DNA from: a bacterium
Lineage (GTDB): Bacteria > UBA8248
Direction: 5' to 3'
Assembly (NCBI GenBank): GCA_965202625.1
Contig: CBDBBI010000010.1
Location: 1,792,001 to 1,856,000 of the forward strand
DNA length: 64,000 nt
Below, in pieces: positions 1 through 10,250 of this stretch (position 1 is its first letter; each line of letters starts with the position of its first letter). The notes beneath the pieces are model-generated. The model worked only from the letters and a program-made list of their open reading frames with translations, had not been told where the DNA came from and searched no databases. Made by a program: the position numbers and the translations under genes.

Positions 1-997
1 GCAGTTTCTGATTACTCTGCGCGCGCGCGAACTGAAGCCCCACCCGCATCACCGTGAAGATGTCACCGCTGACATTCGATTCCACGTCAACCCCCAGGGT
101 CGGCTTGCCGCCCAGCTCCAGCACGCGCCGGATGACGGGTTCGCCATGGCCCATCTGCATCTCCACCTCGGGACAGGAGGTGACCGAACAACCCGAGTCA
201 ACGAGGATTCTCAATTCCTCTTCGCTCAACTGATTTGCGTGCACGGCGTTGAAATCAGGCCCCAAAAGCCCCATGCGCGCCAATTGTTTGATTCCATCTG
301 GCGCTTCTCGGTGAAAACCGCCGCCGACGTGGGCACTCCACAGCAAATCGTACTCCTGCGCCAGGAGAACATCCCGCACGCAAATATCGAGCGTGGACAG
401 ATCGGGCCCTCTCGTCGCCAGCGCCAGAGTGATGCGGCTACCGTCTGAAGCGAATCGCCCCGTCCGCAAACGCTTCACCTCTTCGGGGGGATGCGGCCTG
501 TGGCTGAGCGGCAACTCGCCCTCTGCAATCCTGGGCTTGGGTGTTCCATGTCCAAAAACAGCGCGGATGCCGGCCTCCGCCAAGCCGTCGAGCCCCGCGT
601 CAGTGTGCTCGGGCGTGGGGTTGTTGTGGCACCAGTCGAAGATCGTCGTCACTCCGTTGTTGATCTGGTTCAGCGCGCCCACCAGGTTCGCCAGATAGAC
701 GTCCTCCGGACGAAACCCGGGGCCAACCCCCTGGTGGACGTTCTGAAAATATTCGGCCAGGGACCAATCTCCCGCAATTCCGCGTATTCCCGTCTGCCAG
801 ACGTGCTGATGGGCGTTCACGAGCCCCGGCAGAATGACGAAATCGCTCGCATCGACCCTCTCGGCACCCGGCGCGTGGAGGCGATGGCCGACCGCCTTGA
901 TCTCATCGCCCTCAATGAGCAAGTCACCATCTTCGATATCCCCGAGCGTGGTGTCCAGCGTGAGGAGACTCCCTCCTCGCAGAAGTGTCCCACCCAT
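1..997 (-). CDS. Amidohydrolase family protein (MTA/SAH deaminase-like); runs off the window start
   Basis: Not in the ORF track. Manual translation from ATG at 997 gives MGGTLLRGGSLLTLD...ILPGLVNAHQHVWQTGIRG...NGVTTIFDWCHN...SAHVG...AVHAN...SCPEVEMQMGHG...LGVDVES. This shows the HxH metal motif and the C-terminal Asp motif. It starts 1 nt after the upstream gene's stop. Confidence 0.88.
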   Translation of the reverse strand, partial: MGGTLLRGGSLLTLDTTLGDIEDGDLLIEGDEIKAVGHRLHAPGAERVDASDFVILPGLVNAHQHVWQTGIRGIAGDWSLAEYFQNVHQGVGPGFRPEDVYLANLVGALNQINNGVTTIFDWCHNNPTPEHTDAGLDGLAEAGIRAVFGHGTPKPRIAEGELPLSHRPHPPEEVKRLRTGRFASDGSRITLALATRGPDLSTLDICVRDVLLAQEYDLLWSAHVGGGFHREAPDGIKQLARMGLLGPDFNAVHANQLSEEELRILVDSGCSVTSCPEVEMQMGHGEPVIRRVLELGGKPTLGVDVESNVSGDIFTVMRVGLQFARAQSNQKL

Positions 998-998
998 T

Positions 999-2108
999 TT
1001 ATAAAGCCCCCCCCACCGGCGGGGCGAACGCCCTGAGCGCCTCCTCCTCCCATTCCAGTCCGAGTCCCAGTTTCTCCGAAAGAACCAATTTCCCCTCCCT
1101 GAACTCCATCGGCTCCTTGAGAATGCACTCCCACCAGGGCATGTGTTCGCACCAGACGCCGTGCGCCTCCGCGCTCATGAGATGCGCCGACACCTCGTGA
1201 AACAGATGCGGCGTCACCGGCTTGCCAAAATCCCTTGCTAGCGACGCTGCGCGACGCCAGCCGGTGACGCCGGAGCAACGTTCGAGGTCCGGCATCAGGA
1301 CATCGGCCGCCCCCGCTAGGAGCAAGTGATGCATTCCGCGGGGGTTGTAGTTCGTCTCTCCAGTGCAAATCGGTATGTTGCTGACCTGAACCACCTCCGC
1401 ACATCCGCTGACATTCTCGTAATCAACCGGCTCCTCTACCCAGCATAGATCAAAGGGCTCGAACATCCTGCACGCTTTTTTCGCGGTTTCGACGTCCCAC
1501 GCCTGATTGGCGTCCACCATGAGCGCGACTTCGCCGCCTATCGCCTCGCGTACCGCCCGAATACGCTCCACGTCCTCCTCCACGCTCCGCCCCACGCGAA
1601 GCTTCATCGCCTTGAAGCCACGCGCTTTGAACGAGGCGGCCTCCTTTTCGAGTTCAGGGATCGTCAGATTGAGCCAAAGTCCCTCGCTGGCGTAGCAAGC
1701 AATCTCCCGCCTCTCTCCGCCAATGAATTTCCAGAGCGGCTGGCCCGCCGCCTGAGCTGCCAGGTCCCAGCAAGCGGTGTCCAAGGCGGACATCGCCATG
1801 GCACTGATGCCGTCCCGACCGACGAAACTCGCCGCCTTGCGCATCGCCTCCCAGTTGGCAGTCGTATCGGCCGGGTTCTTTCCCAACAACGTGGAGAACA
1901 AATCACGCATCATCGCCAGCATCGCGCGCACACGCTCGGGACCAAAAGCGAAACACCAGCCGTGGCCTTTCAGTCCCTCCTTCGTGCGAAGGGTGACACA
2001 GCAGGTATCGACCGCGCGCACCTCGAAAGTGGCCACCTTAAGCGGTCGGGGCAGGGGCACGCACACATGGGCTGGAGTCATGCTGACGATGGTTAGAGAG
2101 GATGGCAA
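999..2108 (-). CDS. Mandelate racemase/muconate lactonizing enzyme family (enolase superfamily)
   Basis: SALDTACWDL capping-domain motif, KAMKLRVG, metal ligands in DANQ / EEP / GE, and a C-terminal PH. Confidence 0.9.
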   Translation of the reverse strand: MPSSLTIVSMTPAHVCVPLPRPLKVATFEVRAVDTCCVTLRTKEGLKGHGWCFAFGPERVRAMLAMMRDLFSTLLGKNPADTTANWEAMRKAASFVGRDGISAMAMSALDTACWDLAAQAAGQPLWKFIGGERREIACYASEGLWLNLTIPELEKEAASFKARGFKAMKLRVGRSVEEDVERIRAVREAIGGEVALMVDANQAWDVETAKKACRMFEPFDLCWVEEPVDYENVSGCAEVVQVSNIPICTGETNYNPRGMHHLLLAGAADVLMPDLERCSGVTGWRRAASLARDFGKPVTPHLFHEVSAHLMSAEAHGVWCEHMPWWECILKEPMEFREGKLVLSEKLGLGLEWEEEALRAFAPPVGGAL

Positions 2109-2197
2109 AATGGGGTTCCTTTCAAGACGGACGAGAGTATTGCGCGACCCTGTATGCTCTTTCGAGCGACAGGTTATCCTGTTCCGCCGTGAATGGC

Positions 2198-2203
2198 TAT
2201 AAT
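2198..2203 (+). promoter_or_regulatory. Possible sigma70 -10 element upstream of rluB
   Basis: Perfect TATAAT 50 nt upstream of the rluB start in a divergent intergenic region; no good -35. Confidence 0.35.
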
Positions 2204-2252
2204 TTCATGAATAATATTTTCCAAAACGTCGTGCAGGGGAGCGAAACCGTCC

Positions 2253-3074
2253 ATGTCCGTCATAAGGCTTCAGAAAATCATCGCTCAGGCAGGTCTCACC
2301 TCGCGCCGGAAGGCGGAGCGCCTGATCGCCGAGGGCCGCGTCAAGGTAAACGGAGAGCGCATCACCACCCCCGGCACCACGGCGGACCCGCTCCGGGATG
2401 CGATCAAGGTGGACGGAAGGCGCATCAGGAGAAAGGAGCTGCGCGTCTATCTGGTGCTGAACAAGCCCAAACACGTCCTCACCACCATGCGGGACGAGGA
2501 AGGCAGGGACAGACCCACCGTAGCGGATTTGCTCCCCAAGGGCTTGCGGCGCGTGTTTCCAGTCGGCAGGCTCGATTTTGATGTCGAAGGGGTGTTGCTA
2601 CTCACCAACGACGGCGAAATGGCACACCGCCTCGCCCATCCCAGATACGGGATACCGCGCGTCTATGAGGCGAAAGTGAAGGGCATCCCCTCTGCAGACG
2701 CGCTCGCTCGGATGTCTGAGGGCGCATGGACACGAGGGCGGCATAGAAAACCCCAAGCGGCCCACGTGCGGAGCATAGAAGGAAAAATAGATAAAAACGC
2801 ATGGCTCAGAATCGAGCTCCGAGAAGGGAAACAACACCAAGTCAAAAAGATGTGCGAAGCTGTGGGGCATCCCGTCATCCGTCTGATCCGGCGCGCATAT
2901 GGGGGAATCACCGCTCGGGGCCTGCCCGCCGCCCAAGTCAGAACCCTCACCCCTGATGAAGTGGAAAAGCTGAAACAGATGGCGAAAATCCGCACCGACA
3001 CGGCGAGGCGCCCAAAACCCAAAACAGGCTGGGCGAAGGCCAGAGCGAACCGGAAGCACACGCTCCACAAGTGA
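2253..3074 (+). CDS. rluB: 23S rRNA pseudouridine synthase (RluB/RsuA family)
   Basis: N-terminal S4 domain RLQKIIAQAGLTSRRKAE, LNKP, catalytic PVGRLD, and EGKQHQVKKM. Confidence 0.92.
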   Translation: MSVIRLQKIIAQAGLTSRRKAERLIAEGRVKVNGERITTPGTTADPLRDAIKVDGRRIRRKELRVYLVLNKPKHVLTTMRDEEGRDRPTVADLLPKGLRRVFPVGRLDFDVEGVLLLTNDGEMAHRLAHPRYGIPRVYEAKVKGIPSADALARMSEGAWTRGRHRKPQAAHVRSIEGKIDKNAWLRIELREGKQHQVKKMCEAVGHPVIRLIRRAYGGITARGLPAAQVRTLTPDEVEKLKQMAKIRTDTARRPKPKTGWAKARANRKHTLHK

Positions 3075-3323
3075 TAGAAGAATCAGAAGACGTGAAGACG
3101 CGGCAAATCGAGGACGCCCAAAAATTTCCCCTCCCCTCCTCACACTTTAGCTCTACCTTGCGCTCCTGCCCCAGGGGGTTAAGCGCGTATGGGATAGAAG
3201 AGGCGCGCAGGATAAAACCCCTCTGTCGTCTTGAAAATTTCACCGATGGAGCGAGGGGCGGAAAAATCGCTGCGCTCACAAGACGCGCGCCTGAACGAAC
3301 CCAAGAAACGATTGCGCCTCCTA

Positions 3324-3332
3324 TGTTATAAT
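3324..3332 (+). promoter_or_regulatory. Extended -10 promoter (TGnTATAAT)
   Basis: TGTTATAAT about 42 nt upstream of the ATG at 3375. Confidence 0.5.
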
Positions 3333-3374
3333 GTGAAATTATACGCAGAGAAAAACGCAAGGGCGATTTCAAGG

Positions 3375-3980
3375 ATGAGCACATCGGCTTCCAACAGGTT
3401 GACGCTGGCGACCAAGATCACCCTGGTGCGGGTGCTCCTGATCCCCATTTTCATGACCTGCCTCGCCTACAAAAGGGCGGGAATCGCACTAGTCGTTTTC
3501 GTCATCGCGGGCGTGGCGGACGGGGTTGACGGCCACCTCGCGCGCTCGCGCGGGGAGATGACCTCCTTGGGCGCTATGCTAGACCCCATCGCGGACAAGC
3601 TACTCATGTTCACCGCGTACATGATGATGGGAATCGCGGGACAGATTCCGCTCTGGCTGGCCATCGTCGTGGTGAGCCGGGACTTGTTACTCTGCATCGG
3701 TTGCGTGGCGTTGTTCATGACGGTGGGCTTTCAGACACCATCGCCTTCTCTGCTAGGGAAAGCCACCACCACCACCCAGATGTTCGCCGCGGGCGCCGCC
3801 CTTTTGACGGCAGCACTGGGCGAAAGCGCGAATGCGGTGACAGTCGCCTTGTTCCTCGTCACCAGCGCGCTGACGGTCGCCTCGGGAGTGCATTATCTTT
3901 TTTTTGTCGGGACCCGAATGATCTACCAAAAACCAGCCGGCGGCCAGACGGAGAAATCAACCCCCACGTCCCAAACATGA
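3375..3980 (+). CDS. CDP-alcohol phosphatidyltransferase (PgsA/cardiolipin synthase-like)
   Basis: DGVDGHLAR...GAMLDPIADK signature; hydrophobic; start chosen at ATG 3375. Confidence 0.9.
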   Translation: MSTSASNRLTLATKITLVRVLLIPIFMTCLAYKRAGIALVVFVIAGVADGVDGHLARSRGEMTSLGAMLDPIADKLLMFTAYMMMGIAGQIPLWLAIVVVSRDLLLCIGCVALFMTVGFQTPSPSLLGKATTTTQMFAAGAALLTAALGESANAVTVALFLVTSALTVASGVHYLFFVGTRMIYQKPAGGQTEKSTPTSQT

Positions 3981-3995
3981 CGCAGGTCGGAGAAC

Positions 3996-5054
3996 ATGGA
4001 CAACTCATCTCAAATTCTCACGTGGAAGCGCATTTGGCTCATTCTCATCCTCATCTCCGCCATCTGGCTCCTGGTGAGCGCGCGAGCGGCACTCGTTCCG
4101 CTGGCAGTCTCCTTCATCCTCGCCTATCTGCTCCAGCCACTGGCAGACGCGTTGGAAAGCTGGAAAATACCTCGGCCTCTCGCCATCCTGCTCATCCTGC
4201 TGGGGGTGGGACTGCTTTTACTCGTCTTGTGGGCGAGCATCGCGCCCGTGGTTCAGAAGCAGATAGCAGCGTTCGCCAAAAAACTCCCCGCCTACATCAC
4301 CGTCGTCGAATCGTGGCTCATCGCCGCGCTCGAGAAGTTTCCATTTCCTCAAAGGGCGGAGCTGACGAAATACTTCACCGAAAACCTCTCCCTACTAGCG
4401 CAAATACCGCTATCAGCACTCAGAGCGAGCGGATCACTTTTGCTGAAAACCACCACCGGCCTCTTCTCCATCGCCCTCGGCATGATCTACCTCGTCCTCA
4501 TCCCCGTTATGACGTTCTATATCCTGAGGGACAAGAACCAGATATCAGAGGCGTTTTTCACCTACGTTCACCGCGATTATCGAGAGGAGGTAGAGAAGAG
4601 AATTTTCCGGCTCGACGAGCTTCTCGGCTCATTCATCAAGGGTCAGCTGCTGATCGCCCTCATCCTCTCGGTCTTCTACGTCCTGGGCTTTTTCATCGTG
4701 GACACGCCCCTTTGGCTGGTGCTGGGGATATTCGCGGGCCTGGCCAGCATATTCCCATACGTAGAATGGCTGGTGGCCCTGCCGATCGTCCTGCTGCTCT
4801 CGGGGATCGCGCATCAGGACTGGCTCCACCCGATGGCAACGCTGGCCGTGTTCGGAACGATCTCGCCCCTCGCGAGCGTTTTGCTCGTACCTCGGGTGTT
4901 GGGCAATCGCGTGGGGCTTCATCCCGTAGTGGTGCTCGCATCCATCATGATAGGGGGGGAACTCATGGGGTTCGCGGGAATCCTCCTTGCCGTGCCGCTC
5001 GCCGCGACCATTAAAGTGGGGCTGGAGGCCATGCACGACTACTATCTGAGATAA
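3996..5054 (+). CDS. AI-2E family transporter (PerM/YhhT-like)
   Basis: AYLLQPL, FIKGQLL, IFPYV and PRVLGNRVGLHPVVVL motifs; multi-TM. Confidence 0.9.
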   Translation: MDNSSQILTWKRIWLILILISAIWLLVSARAALVPLAVSFILAYLLQPLADALESWKIPRPLAILLILLGVGLLLLVLWASIAPVVQKQIAAFAKKLPAYITVVESWLIAALEKFPFPQRAELTKYFTENLSLLAQIPLSALRASGSLLLKTTTGLFSIALGMIYLVLIPVMTFYILRDKNQISEAFFTYVHRDYREEVEKRIFRLDELLGSFIKGQLLIALILSVFYVLGFFIVDTPLWLVLGIFAGLASIFPYVEWLVALPIVLLLSGIAHQDWLHPMATLAVFGTISPLASVLLVPRVLGNRVGLHPVVVLASIMIGGELMGFAGILLAVPLAATIKVGLEAMHDYYLR

Positions 5055-5112
5055 TTTCTAGCCGACTCTCCCGATGGATGCCCCTGCCGCCATCACGCTT
5101 GATGACCTGCTT

Positions 5113-5261
5113 TGAGCGACTTATTTCAACACACTTTTACGGCCGTTTTCCAAATCGTTTACACCCTGGAAAACGGCTAGGTTCCTTTCGACATACCCGC
5201 GCAGGCTATTGGGTCCCGGCGCGTCCTCAATAGCGAGCCCAAAAAAGTATGTCGCTGCTCA
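5113..5261. other. Structured intergenic element (ncRNA candidate or IS/MITE end remnant)
   Basis: Perfect stems 5142-5152/5167-5177 (11 bp), 5189-5196/5247-5254 (8 bp) and 5205-5211/5228-5234 (7 bp), plus an outer 5113-5117/5257-5261 pairing. Confidence 0.45.
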
Positions 5262-5446
5262 CAACAAACCTCGCCCGCCTCCCTGAAAATATACTCCCCT
5301 TCATGCCACCCATATCGCCAGAGCAATTCACAAGTCGTCGCGCTCCGCCAAGGCGCTTCTCAAGCGCGGGAAGAGAGGAGTAGGAACCGCTTCACATCAT
5401 TGAGGCGCGTCATGAATAGAACCTCGCCGCCTAGAGCGATGCGGAC

Positions 5447-5992
5447 CTAAACGCGGGTTTGTTCCTCAAGCGGGGGCACTTCTATGTCTCTGTCCACCGC
5501 GCGCGCCATTAAGAAGAGAAGGTCGGAGATGCGGTTGAGATAAATCAGGAGTTCAGGGTTGTCGATGTAACCCTCATCGCGCAGCCACACCGTCCACCTC
5601 TCGCCCCGGCGGATGATGGTGAGTGCCATGTCCAATGCGGCGCCGCAGGGCGAATCCCCCGAGATCACCCAATCGGTTATTCGAATCCGCTTCTCATAAC
5701 GCGCCACCTGCGCGTCGGCCCACGCGACTTCAGATGCACCCACGCGTTCTTTGAGTCTGCCGGCCTTGCTCCTCAGCGTCGCCAAGTCGCTACTCACGAG
5801 GTAGAGGTCTTTCTGAATTTTCAGAATTTCAGACTTCAGCCATTCAGGCGCCATCGAGCGGGCAAGGCCGAGGGCCGCCTTCGCTTCATCCAGTGCACCA
5901 TACGCCCGCACCTGGGGGTGATGCTTGGACACTCTGTCCGCGAACCACAAATCGGTGTTCCCGTCGTCTCCCCTGCGCGTGACGATGGACAT
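5447..5992 (-). CDS. pduO: ATP:cob(I)alamin adenosyltransferase, PduO type
   Basis: IVTRRGDDGNT, YGALDE, RRGER and YLNRISDLLFLMAR motifs. Confidence 0.9.
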   Translation of the reverse strand: MSIVTRRGDDGNTDLWFADRVSKHHPQVRAYGALDEAKAALGLARSMAPEWLKSEILKIQKDLYLVSSDLATLRSKAGRLKERVGASEVAWADAQVARYEKRIRITDWVISGDSPCGAALDMALTIIRRGERWTVWLRDEGYIDNPELLIYLNRISDLLFLMARAVDRDIEVPPLEEQTRV

Positions 5993-6010
5993 CGAACGCC
6001 CCCCCCTCCC

Positions 6011-7075
6011 CTAAAGTCTCTTGATCACGTCGGCACCCACGGATTTCGTGGTCCCACTCCCCCCCAAGTCCGCCGTCCGGTTTCCCTTCGCCAGATGTGC
6101 GCGAATCGCGCGGTCGAGCCGCTTCGCCGCCGCTTCCTCACCCAGATAGTCGAGCATCAAGGAGGCGGAGAACAGCGCGGCCACCGGGTTGGCGATTCCC
6201 TTCCCCATGATGTCCGGCGCAGAGCCGTGCACCGGCTCGAACAGGCCGGGCGCATCACCTTTCGGGTTCGTGTTCGCACTCGCGGCGACCCCTAGTCCGC
6301 CAACGATGGCGGCACCCAAATCCGTAAGGATGTCACCAAACAAATTCGTGGACACCACGACGTCGAAACAATCGGGGCACCTCACGAACTCTAAGGCGGC
6401 CGCGTCGACGAGATATTTCGCCGTGCCAATGCTCTTGTAGCGGGACCTTGAGGCCACCTCCTCAAAAACCTCATCCCACATCACTAGGGTATGGCCCTGC
6501 GAGTTTGATTTCGTGACGTTGGTCACATGCTTTTTTCGCTTGAGCGCCGCCTCGAATGCTGCTTCGATAATCCGTTCGCAGCCCGCGCGCGTGAAAAGCG
6601 TGATCTGGGCGGCCAGCTCCGCCGGGTGTCCCTCGTAGTGGCGCCCGCCGATGGGGCTGTACTCCCCCTCGGTGTTCTCCCGAAAGAAGAGCATATCAAT
6701 GTCTCCCGGAGCATAGTCCCGAAGCGGCGATTCGAGTCCCTCATACAGAACAATGGGACGCATGTTGACATATAGGTCAAAACGCCGGCGCAGAGGGAGC
6801 AGAAGCTGATGGAGCGTAATATGGTCGGGAATGTCGGGTCTACCCACGGCGCCGAGTAGAATCGCATCGTGCCTTCTCGCACGGTTCAGGAAATTCTCCG
6901 GGCACATCCGGCCCGTCTCGTGATAAAAATCGCTCCCCCATGGATATTTGGTGAAGGAAAAATCTAAGCCGCGCTGCATTTTCGCCAGCGCCCTTAGGGC
7001 GCGCACCGCCTGGGCAAGCACCTCGGGGCCGATGCCATCCGCGGGGATCAACCCAATACTGTGCTTCGCCATCAT
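6011..7075 (-). CDS. Tartrate/D-malate-type beta-decarboxylating dehydrogenase (isocitrate/isopropylmalate DH family)
   Basis: ADGIGPEV, RENTEGEY, TKSN, NLFGDILTDL and FEPVHGSAPDI motifs. Confidence 0.88.
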   Translation of the reverse strand: MMAKHSIGLIPADGIGPEVLAQAVRALRALAKMQRGLDFSFTKYPWGSDFYHETGRMCPENFLNRARRHDAILLGAVGRPDIPDHITLHQLLLPLRRRFDLYVNMRPIVLYEGLESPLRDYAPGDIDMLFFRENTEGEYSPIGGRHYEGHPAELAAQITLFTRAGCERIIEAAFEAALKRKKHVTNVTKSNSQGHTLVMWDEVFEEVASRSRYKSIGTAKYLVDAAALEFVRCPDCFDVVVSTNLFGDILTDLGAAIVGGLGVAASANTNPKGDAPGLFEPVHGSAPDIMGKGIANPVAALFSASLMLDYLGEEAAAKRLDRAIRAHLAKGNRTADLGGSGTTKSVGADVIKRL

Positions 7076-7136
7076 TTCTCCTTGGTTTTCCCGTGCCGCG
7101 TCAACATCGCCCGCAGCTCGCCTGCGAGGAGGGTTA

Positions 7137-8720
7137 TTAAAGTCCTCGTTCGATCAGGTATTCCACCGGATTGTAATCGTCCGTCAAAACAGGACCATAC
7201 AAAAGCGGGGTGGGCGGCGCCACGCGCGCGCGCGCGGCGAACGCGAATTCCGGGTCGGCGCGCACCCGCTTCCGGACGCGGCCGAAGCGGCGCGTATCCT
7301 CATCACGAAACCCAAAAATCAAAATGTTTTGCGCCAAGGACGGCGCGAATGGCTCCGTGCTGTAGATGAACATATCCGAAAACACTTTTTGCATGGTTCG
7401 ATAGACAGACGCGTATATCGCGCTTCCAGGACCCGAGCGGTAGGCAATCAAGTTGAGCATGAACACACCGCCAGGCGCTAGGCGCGCGCGCGCTTCTTCG
7501 AAAAACTCCCGCGTGATCAGATGAGGAGGGATGTTCCGCAATCCACGATAGGCGTCACCCACGATGAGGTCGTAAGTTCGCTTCGAGCGCCTGAGAATGC
7601 GTCTGCCGTCTCCCACAATCGTCTCGATCTCTGGAAACGCCCCGAGCCGAAAAAACTTCCCTCCCACCTCGATGACGTCCTCGTCCAGCTCGGCCACGGT
7701 GATGGAGACGTCCGGCCGTATAAGATGAAGCGCTTTGGGCATCGTAAAGGCGCCGCCGCCGATGAATATGGCGCTCTTCATATGGGGGGCGAACAGCGGC
7801 GCCAGCTTCAAAAACCGAGTGTATTCATAATAAAAACTTCTCTCATCGTCCACGACCATCGCCCCCTCGGGCTGATGGTCGAGATACATCTCGCGCACCC
7901 TCGGGCCGCCCGTCTGAGCGCTCTCGATCACGCGAATCATGTGGTAGATGTTCTCCCGCGCCCAGACCGTCTCCTCCCCGATACCGGGTATGGCGCGCAG
8001 CCAAGCGACGCCCGTCAGCATCGACAGTAAGACGAACGCGGCCAGAAGCAGGCTCGTCCTCGCGTTTCGCTTCGAGAAGAAGTTCCCGAGATCGCCGGAG
8101 AGATAAAGTCCCAAGAGCGCCGTTAAAGCCAGAGCGGACGCCGTCGTCAGGAAAATTCCGTTCAGTCCGAAGAGAGGGATGAAGAAAAAACCCGTCGCAA
8201 ACGTGCCAACGATGCTTCCGACGGTGGACCAAGTGAAGAGGCTTCCCGTCACCGCTCCCAGTCTCTTATCTTCCCGCACCGCGAGCTTCACCGCGAAGGG
8301 CGTCAGGGTGGCGAGGGCGCAACTCGGCGCGACGAAAAGGAGAAGTCCGGCGAAAATCGGCCCAGAGCGCAGGCTGAGACCTTTCTCCAGCGACGGAAGC
8401 AGAAGCCCCCTCAGAGCCGGCGTCAGGGCCACCAAGCTCGCCCCGCCCAGCATGAGCAGGAAAAACAGTCTGCCTGAGGGCCTTTGATCCGCGAGTCTTC
8501 CGCCAATGGAATAGCCTAAGCTCAGCGCGGCCAGAATGATGCCGATCAGCGATGTCCACGTGTAGAGCGTGTTGCCGAAATGAGGGGCGAGCACGCGCCC
8601 CGCCGCGATTTCCAGAACGAGAATCGAGCCTCCAGAGAGAAAAACCGCGAAGTGCAAATACCAGCCTGCCACCTTCTTTTCTTTCGCGGCCTCTGGCGAT
8701 CGGTTGTGCCGTTTGGCCAC
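7137..8720 (-). CDS. Fused membrane domain/spermidine-synthase-like methyltransferase
   Basis: N-terminal TM region (LEIAAGRVLAPHFG...STVGSIVGTF) plus SAM-binding IGGGAF, GDGRR, DAY and LTDDYNPVE. Confidence 0.88.
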   Translation of the reverse strand: MAKRHNRSPEAAKEKKVAGWYLHFAVFLSGGSILVLEIAAGRVLAPHFGNTLYTWTSLIGIILAALSLGYSIGGRLADQRPSGRLFFLLMLGGASLVALTPALRGLLLPSLEKGLSLRSGPIFAGLLLFVAPSCALATLTPFAVKLAVREDKRLGAVTGSLFTWSTVGSIVGTFATGFFFIPLFGLNGIFLTTASALALTALLGLYLSGDLGNFFSKRNARTSLLLAAFVLLSMLTGVAWLRAIPGIGEETVWARENIYHMIRVIESAQTGGPRVREMYLDHQPEGAMVVDDERSFYYEYTRFLKLAPLFAPHMKSAIFIGGGAFTMPKALHLIRPDVSITVAELDEDVIEVGGKFFRLGAFPEIETIVGDGRRILRRSKRTYDLIVGDAYRGLRNIPPHLITREFFEEARARLAPGGVFMLNLIAYRSGPGSAIYASVYRTMQKVFSDMFIYSTEPFAPSLAQNILIFGFRDEDTRRFGRVRKRVRADPEFAFAARARVAPPTPLLYGPVLTDDYNPVEYLIERGL

Positions 8721-8884
8721 GTCTCATCCCTCAAAAAACGAAAAAGTGTACTTTAAAATAATCTACCCCCAGAGGCAAGCCTCGGCCCCATCTAGATTTT
8801 TTCGAATCAATACCGCATAAATGGGATCCAGCTTGTGCGAAGGTGCGCGTCGAGGATTTTGTCTGAAAAAGAGAGTGACTCATT

Positions 8885-9577
8885 TTGGCTTTCTCCGAAA
8901 AAGTGTATCCGTCATCCAAAACCGCCATCGCCGACGTTCCCGATGGCGCCACCATACTGCTGGGTGGGTTCGGCGGCGCGGGAATTCCAGAAAATCTCCT
9001 CGTTGCCATGGCGGCGCATCCCTCTCGCAACCTCACCGTCGTCACCAACCACGCGGGCTTTGGCGAGCGCGGCCTGGCCGTTCTGCTTAGGCAGGGTAAG
9101 GTGAAAAAAATCATTTGCAGCTACGCGTTCCACAAAAGCGCATTTGTATTCAGGGAGTTGTATCTGGAGGGAAAAATCGAACTCGAACAGATTCCCCAAG
9201 GAACCATGGCCGAGAGAATCCGGGCGGCGGGGGCGGGGATTCCCGGCTTCTACACACCCACCGGCGTTGGCACGCAGGCCGCGCAGGGAAAGGAGACCCG
9301 CACGATAAGCGGTCGCAAGGTTCTGCTGGAATACCCCCTACCCGGAGACGTCGCCATTATCAAGGCGCATCGTGCCGACAGAGCGGGGAACCTCACCTAC
9401 CGGGGCACGGCCGGAAACTTTAACCCCGTCATGGCGACGGCCGCTCCGCTCACCATCGCCGAGGTGGAGGAGATCGTGGAGACTGGCGTCATCGCGCCTG
9501 AACACGTGCATACGCCCTCCATTTATGTCCAAAGAATTGTGAGGGGAGAGGATATTGGCCTTCGCTCCGAGACTTAA
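8885..9577 (+). CDS. 3-oxoacid CoA-transferase subunit A (PcaI/ScoA-like)
   Basis: GGFGGAGIPENL, PQGTMAERIRAAGAGIPGFYTPTGVGT and NFNPVMATAA. Confidence 0.93.
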   Translation: MAFSEKVYPSSKTAIADVPDGATILLGGFGGAGIPENLLVAMAAHPSRNLTVVTNHAGFGERGLAVLLRQGKVKKIICSYAFHKSAFVFRELYLEGKIELEQIPQGTMAERIRAAGAGIPGFYTPTGVGTQAAQGKETRTISGRKVLLEYPLPGDVAIIKAHRADRAGNLTYRGTAGNFNPVMATAAPLTIAEVEEIVETGVIAPEHVHTPSIYVQRIVRGEDIGLRSET

Positions 9578-10250
9578 GCGCCACGCGCTCAAGCCCGCCG
9601 ACATCGCGCGGCGCGTGGCGGCCGAGTTGCCCGACCACGCCGTGGTGAACCTAGGAATCGGCGTACCCACGCTGGTGGCGAACTATGTGGACGCGGCGCG
9701 CAGCGTGATGTTCATGGCGGAGAACGGAATCATCGGAGCCGGTCCCAGGCCTCCGGCCGGACAGGAGGACAAGGACTACATCAACGCCTCCCGAGAACCT
9801 ATCACCACTCTTCCAGGTGCGTCCGTGTTCGGGCACGCCGACGCCTTCGCCATGATACGCGGCGGCCATGTGGGCATCGCCGTCATGGGAGCCCTACAAG
9901 TCTCCGCGCGAGGCGACCTGGCAAACTGGACTGTACCGGGACTGGGCAAGGGCGGCATTGGCGGCGCGATGGACCTGGCAGCAGGCGCCCTTGAGGTGTA
10001 CGCCATCATGACCCACACCATGAAAGACGGCGGATTGAAACTCTTGAACAAATGCACCTATCCCCTCACCGCCCGAGGGGTGGTCGTCAAGCTCTTCACA
10101 GACATCGCGTTCATCGAGTTCACTCCGGATGGCCCACATCTCAAGGAAGCAGCCGACGGCTTGACGAGAGAGGACGTGCAGGAGGTGAGCGAGCCTCCAC
10201 TCATCACGACGGGACCGATTGGCGCCATGACACGCGAGGATGCGCCATGA
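9555..10250 (+). CDS. 3-oxoacid CoA-transferase subunit B (PcaJ/ScoB-like)
   Basis: VNLGIGVPT, catalytic (A)ENG, GALQVS..GDLANW and GGAMDL; overlaps subunit A. Confidence 0.93.
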   Translation: MAFAPRLKRHALKPADIARRVAAELPDHAVVNLGIGVPTLVANYVDAARSVMFMAENGIIGAGPRPPAGQEDKDYINASREPITTLPGASVFGHADAFAMIRGGHVGIAVMGALQVSARGDLANWTVPGLGKGGIGGAMDLAAGALEVYAIMTHTMKDGGLKLLNKCTYPLTARGVVVKLFTDIAFIEFTPDGPHLKEAADGLTREDVQEVSEPPLITTGPIGAMTREDAP

